From positions 64,001-109,994 of IMG/VR virus record IMGVR_UViG_3300035698_022074: DNA of 45,994 bases; one strand, given 5' to 3'. The number at the start of each line of letters is the position of its first letter. Position 1 is the stretch's first letter. The stretch is from a virus. Under the pieces are notes generated by a model. That model searched no databases. It was not told the origin of the DNA and worked only from the letters and a program-made list of their open reading frames with translations. Below, piece after piece: positions 29,115-36,604 of the stretch. A program made the position numbers and the translations under genes.

Positions 29115-29720
29115 ATGAAAAATAAACTCAACGAATTCGCAGCTGCCGGCCATGATGCAAATCAGGGCGGTGGCTATGGAAGAATAGGAAAGCCGAAAGG
29201 CGCCGGAACGACCTGGCTAAAAAACACCTCTTTTCCATATGATGAAGAAGTTGAAGAGTTTGACGAAGATGAAGAAGGCGTGCTTGATGGACCTGCTATT
29301 GCTGATCGGTTTGTCAACAAGATGTCAAATCACTTTTACGGCGGATCTAAGTCAGGCGGAAGAAATCAGAAGCGAACTGACAAAAGCTCGTTTGCACACT
29401 CTTCAACTCGTGGATTAGGTGAAGCAACGGGAATGGTTCCATTCCCTAATATGTACAAAAACAGAACAGCTACAGCGGGTGGAACATCTCCGTCCGTCTA
29501 TAAGACACGCCCTGGAATGAAAGGCGGCGTCGGTTCTAAAAAAGGTTGGTCAACACGACCTCCTCCGCTAAAGCATGATGAAGACATGGATAACGCTTAC
29601 CATTTGGACGATTTTTTAACAGATGATGAGAAGGCACTCGATAAGGCTTCAAAAACGCATGATCGCCTTGTAAAAGAGTTCAAACAGCTTATTAGAAGAA
29701 TCTCCACGGAATCAAAATGA
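29115..29720 (+). CDS. Gly-rich basic hypothetical protein (201 aa), possibly a packaged core protein
   Basis: Its stop overlaps the ATG of the S21 gene (ATGA). Confidence 0.5.
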   Translation: MKNKLNEFAAAGHDANQGGGYGRIGKPKGAGTTWLKNTSFPYDEEVEEFDEDEEGVLDGPAIADRFVNKMSNHFYGGSKSGGRNQKRTDKSSFAHSSTRGLGEATGMVPFPNMYKNRTATAGGTSPSVYKTRPGMKGGVGSKKGWSTRPPPLKHDEDMDNAYHLDDFLTDDEKALDKASKTHDRLVKEFKQLIRRISTESK

Positions 29721-29938
29721 AAAAGAAACCTTCACATGTCACTGTCAAGTATGACAGAAAATACAACACAGCAGAGAAGATGATTCGTCGTTTTTTAAAG
29801 CTTTGCAAGAAAGAAAGAATTGTCGAAGAGTACAAAGACGGCAGATTTTTTAAATCTAACTCCCAAAAGAAAAGAGATAAGATTGCCAGATCAGAAAGAA
29901 GAAGAGCAAGAGAAGAAAAGAAGAGTAAGAGAAGGTAG
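29717..29938 (+). CDS. rpsU: Ribosomal protein bS21 homolog
   Basis: HVTVKYDRKYNTAEKMIRRFLKLCKKERIVEEYKDGRFFKSNSQKKRDKIARSERRRAREEKKSKRR aligns with E. coli S21 [62 protein letters not shown] (RRF, C.K, E..+..+F.K...++KR, basic tail). It is 73 aa, close to S21 (71 aa). Confidence 0.75.
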   Translation: MKKKPSHVTVKYDRKYNTAEKMIRRFLKLCKKERIVEEYKDGRFFKSNSQKKRDKIARSERRRAREEKKSKRR

Positions 29939-30003
29939 TCGATTTTGTCAACTTACAGTCTGAACGAATATGTACGTTAGTAGTCACAGGGGCAAACACA
30001 ACA

Positions 30004-31527
30004 ATGTCTGATACATCAATTTTTAACGATGCACTTCTCGATGCTAAAAAGCTTCGATCCATTGCAGAAGACAATGCAAAAAATGCACTTGTCGAAGCAA
30101 TCACACCTCGTATACGCGAGATGATAGAAAAACAACTACTTGGAGAAGACACAGATGCTAGTTCTGATGTTTTTACCGAAGTTGCTGATGAATTGCTGGG
30201 AGATAACACAGAAAATCTCTCAGAAGGTTCTAAGAGCAAAAAAGATATTCTTCTAAATGAAGAGGGTGCAAAAATTCTAGCATCTTTACTTGAAGGTCGA
30301 GACGCCGTTAAAGGGGCTGAGACTCTAGAAGGCATTAAAGAAAAGTATGACCGCGTCACTATTAAGCTGCAACTCGCTAAGGAGCTCGCAGAATCAAATA
30401 CTTCTAGAGGCGGCTACGGTAAGCAAATACTTGATCGTTTAGTAACCAAAATGCTTAGCGAATCAAAAAATTTGGAAAACGATGTAATAGGTATAGTTCG
30501 AGAGGGCTCATACGGCAATCATGCTGCAATGAGTTCTGAAATTCAAAAAGTTCGCAAGGAGATTGTTGAAATGGCTTCGCGTAAGCAGAAACTAAAAGAA
30601 AGCAACGAGGTATTTAATGTCGACCTCGCTGAACTTGGTCTAAATGAAAGTGACATTGAAGACGACATGGACATGGACGACGAAGATGACTTCGACATGG
30701 AAATGGATGATGAAGTTGAAGACGACGATATGGACGTTGAAGACGACATGGACATGGATGTAGACGATGAGGAAGGTGGCGACCTTGAGATCCCTGAAGA
30801 TCTTGCACAGCAGCTTCTTGACGTCCTACAGGGTTCCGTCGACGATGACATGGACGATGAAGAAATGGACATGGACGACGAAGATGTCGACGACATGGAC
30901 GACGAAGATGTCGACGACATGGAAGATGATGAAGAAGACGACGATGAAGTCGTTGAAATTGACGAAGCAATGCTCAAGAGAGAGCTTGCTCGCATGAGGT
31001 CTTCACTCGATGAGGGTGACGGCGTTACAGATTTCGGAGGAGCAAAGAAGGATCGTGAGGCTTTCGTCGATAGCGATGATAGTGACCTTAACGTTCATGA
31101 CACGCTCAAGAAGAAGCTTAAGAAAGAGAACCGCCAGAATCGAGTTCTTCGCAACCAGGTATCCGGATTGAAGAAGGTAACTTCTAAACTCCGTGAGCAC
31201 CTTGAACAGATGAATCTGTTCAACTCTAAGTTACTCTACGTGAATAAGCTTATGCAGAATGAATCAATTTCCAAGAGATCTCTCAAGAGTATCGTGGAAG
31301 CGGTTGATGTGGCTAAGACTTTGAGAGAAGTTAGATTGATATACAAGACTGTTAACGAATCAGCAAGTGGCAAGCGTCGTAAGACTGCTAGTTCTTTGAA
31401 TGAAGGTGGACGTCGTAGTTCCTCGTCAAGAGCCTCTAGGGGTGGCGGAAGCTCACGTACACTATCTGAAGGTTCTAACCAGACTGAACGATGGGCAACA
31501 CTTGCAGGCATCAAAAACAACAAGTAA
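30004..31527 (+). CDS. Prohead scaffolding protein (gp22-like position) with a hyper-acidic D/E/M repeat insert
   Basis: It lies immediately upstream of the MCP gene. It has coiled-coil N- and C-terminal parts and an acidic region DDMDMDDEDDFDMEMDDEVEDDDMDVEDDMDMDVDD... Confidence 0.55.
   Translation: MSDTSIFNDALLDAKKLRSIAEDNAKNALVEAITPRIREMIEKQLLGEDTDASSDVFTEVADELLGDNTENLSEGSKSKKDILLNEEGAKILASLLEGRDAVKGAETLEGIKEKYDRVTIKLQLAKELAESNTSRGGYGKQILDRLVTKMLSESKNLENDVIGIVREGSYGNHAAMSSEIQKVRKEIVEMASRKQKLKESNEVFNVDLAELGLNESDIEDDMDMDDEDDFDMEMDDEVEDDDMDVEDDMDMDVDDEEGGDLEIPEDLAQQLLDVLQGSVDDDMDDEEMDMDDEDVDDMDDEDVDDMEDDEEDDDEVVEIDEAMLKRELARMRSSLDEGDGVTDFGGAKKDREAFVDSDDSDLNVHDTLKKKLKKENRQNRVLRNQVSGLKKVTSKLREHLEQMNLFNSKLLYVNKLMQNESISKRSLKSIVEAVDVAKTLREVRLIYKTVNESASGKRRKTASSLNEGGRRSSSSRASRGGGSSRTLSEGSNQTERWATLAGIKNNK
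30874..30921 (+). repeat. Perfect 24-nt tandem duplication (GACGACGAAGATGTCGACGACATG, twice) inside the scaffold acidic region
   Basis: I read this directly in the sequence at 30874..30897 and 30898..30921. Confidence 0.8.
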
Positions 31528-31560
31528 GCGAAGAAATTAATTCTTTAGGAGAAAATAGAA

Positions 31561-33486
31561 ATGGGTAAAGATTTTACATTAGAGCAGCTGACTGAGGGTA
31601 TTCGCTCTCGTCACCTAAGAAATGGTGGTCAGCGATTGGTTGAGAAGTGGAGCCGTACAGGTCTTCTTCGTAACCTAGGGGAAGAGAAGCGCGAAGTTAT
31701 GTCGCGTCTCCTTGAAAACCAGGCGTCTCAGCTTCTTAGAGAAACCAGCACATTGTCAGCTGGCGGTGGTGGCGGAACAGGATCTGGCGACATCAGAGGA
31801 TTCAGTAACATTGCGTTCCCAATCGTTCGTCGTGTTTTCGGCGGTCTCGTAGCGAATGAGCTCGTCTCAATTCAGCCAATGAGCCTTCCATCTGGCCTCC
31901 TATTCTACCTTGACTACACGTATGGTACAAATGTCGGTGGTGACGCAAGTCTCCAGACTGGTGCTGAAGGCGCTGCGTCGGCAGAGACTTACCGTGCAGG
32001 TCAGTCGATTTACAACTCTCCAACAGGCAAGGGTGTTCGTTCCGGTTCACTTGCAACTGGTGGACAGTACGACCTCGTAGGTTCTACGTTCTCGAAGGTA
32101 CACGCAACAACTACTGGCAATGAGCTCGCGCTTCTTGCTTCTGGTTCTTGGGGTGTTGGACAGACGCTTACTGGTGGTGCTTTGATGCACGCAACTGGTA
32201 CAGACGGTCGTCTTACAATGTTCGACCCGCAGATTGGTACGCTAATCGAAGAAGACGCAGCAGATGGTGCTTATGACGCATCTGGCCGCTGGCAGTTCCT
32301 CGTGTTTAACCTTAACCAGGTTGGATCTGATGTTGACCTTAGTAACATCAAGGACTTCTCCGTATTCTCAGCAGCTCCATCTGCTGCAGGTCTCGCACCT
32401 CTTACAGACACCTTCCAGGGTGGCAAGAACATTCTTAACCTACGTCGTCTCAACCAGCTTGGTACGTACACAGGCGGAGTCTTCACACCTAACCCACTAG
32501 TTGGGCGTTCTGATACAGGCGCTGCGGTTCTAGTTGTCGTCTCCGGTGCTTATGCTCCGACGAAGGCTGCTAACACTACTGCTGCTGTTGGTCTCACAGG
32601 TTCTTACGCAATCGGTGCATCCCTTGATGTAGACAGTGATGCTTCAACGCTCACTATCCCAAGTTTCGAGTCTGACTTCGCGACTTCACCATCGCCACAG
32701 ATTCCTGAAATCGACATCAAGGTTGAGTCAATTGCCGTTACAACAACAACTCGTAAGCTACGTGCTCGTTGGTCTCCAGAGCTTGCTCAGGACCTCAACG
32801 CGTACCACAGCGTCGACGCAGAAGTTGAACTTACACAGATTCTTTCTGAGCAGATTGCTCTTGAGATCGACCGTGAGATCCTCAACGACCTTCTAACTGA
32901 AGCTCGTGGTGCAAACTTCTACTGGTCACGTGCTCCTGGTAAGTTCGTTAACAAGACAAATGGCGTAGTCCAGAATCTTTCTAGCACACTTGCAACAGGT
33001 CCTACATTCACCGGTAACGTCCGCGAATGGTACGAGACGCTAACTGAGACAATCATCGACGTTGCTAACCAGATTCACAGAAAGACGCTTCGAGGTTCCG
33101 CGAACTTCATCGTGACTTCACCTGACATCTGCACCATCCTTGAGTCCTCCGTGCTTTACAAGCCGCAGCTTTCAATCGATGGAATGGGACAGGTTGGCGC
33201 GCCATTCAGCATTGGTGCAGAATCCGTTGGTACACTTACTAACAGATTCACGGTCTACAAGGACCCATACTTCCCACGCCAGAAGATCCTTGTTGGTTAC
33301 AAGGGCGGTTCATACCTCGAGACTGGATACGTCTATGCTCCGTATGTCCCACTCATCGTGACACCAACAATCTTCGCTCCGGAAGACTTCACACCACGTA
33401 AAGGTGTTATGACCAGATACGGCAAGAAGATGGTACGTGCCGACTTCTACGGTACAGTTACGGTTCTCGACCTTAACATTATCTAA
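31561..33486 (+). CDS. Major capsid protein, T4 gp23-like, with an enlarged insertion domain
   Basis: PIVRRVFGGLVANELVSIQPMSLPSGLLFYL aligns with T4 gp23 GMVRRAIPNLIAFDICGVQPMNSPTGQVFAL. LRARWSPELAQDLNAYHSVDAEVELTQILSEQIALEIDREI aligns with LKAAYSIELAQDLRAVHGMDADAELSGILATEIMLEINREV. VGYKGGSYLETGYVYAPYVPL aligns with VGYKGPNEMDAGIYYAPYVAL. Confidence 0.95.
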   Translation: MGKDFTLEQLTEGIRSRHLRNGGQRLVEKWSRTGLLRNLGEEKREVMSRLLENQASQLLRETSTLSAGGGGGTGSGDIRGFSNIAFPIVRRVFGGLVANELVSIQPMSLPSGLLFYLDYTYGTNVGGDASLQTGAEGAASAETYRAGQSIYNSPTGKGVRSGSLATGGQYDLVGSTFSKVHATTTGNELALLASGSWGVGQTLTGGALMHATGTDGRLTMFDPQIGTLIEEDAADGAYDASGRWQFLVFNLNQVGSDVDLSNIKDFSVFSAAPSAAGLAPLTDTFQGGKNILNLRRLNQLGTYTGGVFTPNPLVGRSDTGAAVLVVVSGAYAPTKAANTTAAVGLTGSYAIGASLDVDSDASTLTIPSFESDFATSPSPQIPEIDIKVESIAVTTTTRKLRARWSPELAQDLNAYHSVDAEVELTQILSEQIALEIDREILNDLLTEARGANFYWSRAPGKFVNKTNGVVQNLSSTLATGPTFTGNVREWYETLTETIIDVANQIHRKTLRGSANFIVTSPDICTILESSVLYKPQLSIDGMGQVGAPFSIGAESVGTLTNRFTVYKDPYFPRQKILVGYKGGSYLETGYVYAPYVPLIVTPTIFAPEDFTPRKGVMTRYGKKMVRADFYGTVTVLDLNII

Positions 33487-33507
33487 TTCTGGCAGCACTT
33501 TAATCAA

Positions 33508-33542
33508 GGCGTCCTCTTTGCAGAGGACGCCTTTTTTGTTTT
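33508..33542 (+). terminator. Rho-independent terminator after the capsid gene
   Basis: GGCGTCCTCT ttgc AGAGGACGCC forms a perfect 10-bp GC-rich stem, followed by TTTTTTGTTTT. Confidence 0.75.
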
Positions 33543-33608
33543 CTCGATCATTGATGTCATGATACCTATACAAGGAAGTAAGTCTCAATAGAATGTATAG
33601 AGGTCTAA

Positions 33609-35678
33609 ATGTCACTTAACTATTTAAAACTGTTCGATGATCATACATGCAAGCTCTGTGAAAAGTATTGTAAAAATAGAAGATCACTCGGCAATCACCT
33701 TGCAAGATCACACAATGGATACGATATTCAAAGTTATGTCTTGCAGTTTTACCTTAACGGAATTAATCCGAAGTGTAAATGCGGTTGCGGAGAAGACGTC
33801 AAGTGGAAGAAGACAAAGTATTGTTTTGGCGAATACGTCAATGGGCACAACAATAGATTCACAGCAAACAAACAGCCTACGTTTACGAAAGAACAAGTCA
33901 AAGACAGAAATGTTGCAATTAGGCGTGCTTATAAAGAGAACAGTAAGTCAATAAAGGCAAAGATCTCAAAATCACTAGAAGCAGCCTGGCAAGACAATGA
34001 AAAGAGAGAACGTTGGGAGCTTAAAAGAAAGACACAATATGTAGACAATGGTTGGACCACAGAATCTATATCAAAACTGCGTAAGAAAGTCTGGCGAGAG
34101 AACTATGATGAAATGTACAAGAAGATTTTCACAGATGAATTTAAGAAGAAGATCTCGCTCGCAAACATGTCAAGAAATCTAACAAACACATCGAAGAAAG
34201 AACAAGCTTTCATCAAAGTATTGACAGCAGCGTCAAAGAATGATAAAGTAGTTGATAGTTACTGGGTCAATAGTGCAGAATACACGAAATGTTTTGACGC
34301 TTTCATACCTTCACATAACTTGCTGATTGAATTCGATGGCGTATTTTGGCACGGCTTAGATCGAAGCGAGAATTTCACAGTCTCACAACTATCAGGAATG
34401 ACAAATGATCTTAAAAAGAACGAGATCGCAAAACTTGAAGAGAAGTCACTGATACGAATCAACAGCACATGTAACTGGAAAAATGCAACAACAATCCAGG
34501 AACTCATTGACTTAGCATATTATCACCAGGACATATCAGGTTCTATCATTAAAGATGAAAGACAAAAATTCGATGACAAGACGCGCTTTTTGACGCGAAG
34601 CAAGCTTATTGAACAAAACCATGTAGAACTTGGAGGCAAAGGGAAAGAGTGGACAGAAAACGTTTATCTGCCTGCTATACGAGAGTTTATGAGAGCTTTT
34701 GTAAGCGCTAATGATTGGTTCTATCCCAAATCAAGGAAAAGCCTGAGAGAGACTCTGGTAAGTGTCAGAAAGATTGGTCTGCGAGATTGTCACAAAGAAC
34801 CGATTAGTTCACTCGGAGTCGTTGGAAATGCATATCTAAAGGAACACATCAAATCTTTTTGGCATGTGTCTGATGGTCCTGTGGCATCTTTTATGGATGA
34901 TAAATCATTCAATGCAGTGCTTAGATATCGTCTCGGAATAAACAACTCAAAAAAGTACGAATATCAACTTGACAATGGCGAAATGTTTTCTACTAACGAA
35001 CACTTCGACATAAGCTTTAGCACAATCAGACGGGGATTTATTGTACAAAGAAAAGCTGTGAGTTTTTTCAAGCCAACTGCCGCTGCCGTGATCTATCAAA
35101 GGTTTTTAGGGCACTTAGAAAAACCCTCTGTGTGGGATCCTTCTGGCGGATTCGGCGCTAGAATGCTTGGATTTGCAGCGATGTTTCCCGAAGGTTCTTA
35201 TACGTGTACAGAACCTGGTGTGTCTTTGTCTCATGAATTAACTACTTTGGGCAACAAGCTCAAAAAAGGGAAATTCATCAATCAAGTTAGTGTCATTAAA
35301 TCGGGTAGTGAATGTGTCAAATTTGATGAGTACAACAGTTTTGACCTAGTATTTACAAGCCCACCGTACTTTGATCTTGAAAAATACTTTGATGAACCTG
35401 GACAATGCTGGAGAGATTATCCGAATATTGATGCCTGGAAAGATCTGTACTTAGTGCCTACGCTTACACGTGCTAAAAATCATTTAGCACATAATGGAAG
35501 GGTCGTCATCAATATCTCACGTGCGCTTGAGCAGGACGTGATTGAATCTGCTAAGTCTGCTGGTCTTGAGCTCGTTGAAACCTTTTACTTGAGTGCAGGT
35601 CGAGATCATTTCTCTCGCAAAAAGTCAGTTAGTAAGCCTCTTACAGAACCGATCCTCGTATTTATACCCAGACAGTAA
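33609..35678 (+). CDS. Multidomain nuclease-methyltransferase. It has an N-terminal C2H2-like zinc finger plus a CxCGCG...GHN module, three NUMOD3-like DNA-binding repeats, a Vsr/DUF559-like PD-(D/E)xK nuclease motif, and a C-terminal amino-methyltransferase domain (motif I then SPPY).
   Basis: Zinc finger CKLCEKYCKNRRSLGNHLARSH, with KCKCGCGE...YVNGHNN following. Repeats NSKSIKAKISKSL, TESISKLRKKVW and EFKKKISLANM. Nuclease motif LLIEFDGVFWHGLD (Vsr FvhGCFWHgH-like). MTase motif I VWDPSGGFGARMLG and motif IV VFTSPPYFD about 70 aa later (gamma-like order). Confidence 0.7.
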   Translation: MSLNYLKLFDDHTCKLCEKYCKNRRSLGNHLARSHNGYDIQSYVLQFYLNGINPKCKCGCGEDVKWKKTKYCFGEYVNGHNNRFTANKQPTFTKEQVKDRNVAIRRAYKENSKSIKAKISKSLEAAWQDNEKRERWELKRKTQYVDNGWTTESISKLRKKVWRENYDEMYKKIFTDEFKKKISLANMSRNLTNTSKKEQAFIKVLTAASKNDKVVDSYWVNSAEYTKCFDAFIPSHNLLIEFDGVFWHGLDRSENFTVSQLSGMTNDLKKNEIAKLEEKSLIRINSTCNWKNATTIQELIDLAYYHQDISGSIIKDERQKFDDKTRFLTRSKLIEQNHVELGGKGKEWTENVYLPAIREFMRAFVSANDWFYPKSRKSLRETLVSVRKIGLRDCHKEPISSLGVVGNAYLKEHIKSFWHVSDGPVASFMDDKSFNAVLRYRLGINNSKKYEYQLDNGEMFSTNEHFDISFSTIRRGFIVQRKAVSFFKPTAAAVIYQRFLGHLEKPSVWDPSGGFGARMLGFAAMFPEGSYTCTEPGVSLSHELTTLGNKLKKGKFINQVSVIKSGSECVKFDEYNSFDLVFTSPPYFDLEKYFDEPGQCWRDYPNIDAWKDLYLVPTLTRAKNHLAHNGRVVINISRALEQDVIESAKSAGLELVETFYLSAGRDHFSRKKSVSKPLTEPILVFIPRQ

Positions 35679-35680
35679 TT

Positions 35681-35746
35681 ATTGATGCGTTTTTAGTTAT
35701 CTACCCTGATACAACCATAAGGGCAAGAAGACAAAAACGCATCAAT
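35681..35746. repeat. Perfect 14-bp inverted repeat (ATTGATGCGTTTTT ... AAAAACGCATCAAT) with a 38-nt loop that contains an inner CCCT/AGGG stem, located 2 nt after the nuclease-MTase stop
   Basis: I read this directly: 35681..35694 pairs with 35733..35746. Confidence 0.7.
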
Positions 35747-35950
35747 ATTTGCCTTTACAAAATGTGTTTCTCTAGTTTATTGACAGTCATGACGTGAACG
35801 GGTACTTATCGGTGTTGGCTTTTAATTGACATAAGTGGTGTAGAATTTACTCGAGAGACTTTTAAATTTGTCTCTATATGTTTTACAGTATTTGATGATA
35901 AAAGCCTGACATCAGAAGCTGCCTATCCATATTCACAAAAAGATGGTCGC

Positions 35951-36529
35951 ATGTTTGATGTAACGTCAGGTAGCATTAACATTCGATTAAACATCAACGG
36001 GACGAGTAATAACGCTGTTGAATCAGATCTTCCAGGGCATGTTACAAGTACAGTTAATGGTGTCAACGGATACTGGGCGCGTCTTAAGGTTAGTTCTTCG
36101 ATTACTGCCTCACCAACTATTAGTCTTACAAAACTAGGAAGAAGCAGAGTTCAAATAAACAGTGACGGATTTTTTGAAAAGTTCGGACGCGCTGTCGATC
36201 TAAGAGCATTCCCAAGTGTCAGACTATCTACAGCAGATGACTTAGTTTCTGCAGGAAATGTCAAGTTAGATCTCTATATTGCGGAGTCTTTGAGCGAGGG
36301 CACTAATGTCGACACACAAGCTGTGGCAGACAAATTGTATTCAAAGACAAGATCAATCTTAACGACAACAGCTGGAAAACTATACATTGTAGAAATTCCC
36401 TTCTTTCTAAACAGCACAAATGATGGTAACTTTTGGGCCTTCGCGCTTAAGAGGGTCGGGAGCGCTGATTCTTTCTCCGGTGCTATTAAGCTTTCTTTCC
36501 TAGAGGTTATTGCTTCATTCTGGAAATAA
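35951..36529 (+). CDS. Hypothetical beta-rich protein (192 aa). By position between gp23 and gp13 it might be a tail-completion (gp3-like) protein.
   Basis: This is the only ORF in the interval. It has a weak RBS. I recognise no sequence homology. Confidence 0.45.
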   Translation: MFDVTSGSINIRLNINGTSNNAVESDLPGHVTSTVNGVNGYWARLKVSSSITASPTISLTKLGRSRVQINSDGFFEKFGRAVDLRAFPSVRLSTADDLVSAGNVKLDLYIAESLSEGTNVDTQAVADKLYSKTRSILTTTAGKLYIVEIPFFLNSTNDGNFWAFALKRVGSADSFSGAIKLSFLEVIASFWK

Positions 36530-36570
36530 AGCCGACATTGCTGATTGTTAGAGAAGTGAGGACTTAGACA

Positions 36571-36584
36571 CGATATGTATTAAT
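36571..36584 (+). promoter_or_regulatory. Recurrent intergenic motif CGATATGTATTAAT upstream of the gp13-like gene
   Basis: This is the same core as at 40211 and 28313. Confidence 0.2.
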
Positions 36585-36604
36585 GTCGAGTTGGGAGCCT
36601 TTAC

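Noticed and set aside
30543-30995. Two overlapping minus-strand ORFs (150 and 118 aa) and a 76-aa plus-strand ORF in the scaffold acidic repeat
   Set aside because: They are generated by the GAC/GAT/ATG repeat, and their poly-Ser and poly-His/Arg translations are frame artefacts.
35780-35846. Two TTGACA hexamers in the 272-nt intergenic region that might be -35 boxes
   Set aside because: Neither has an acceptable -10 at 16 to 18 nt (TACTTA at 17 nt for one, TAGAAT at only 9 nt for the other).
35747-35950. Possible tRNA or small RNA gene in the largest non-coding gap
   Set aside because: I find no GTTC-type T-arm, no cloverleaf-compatible pairing and no six-frame ORF of 60 aa or more.
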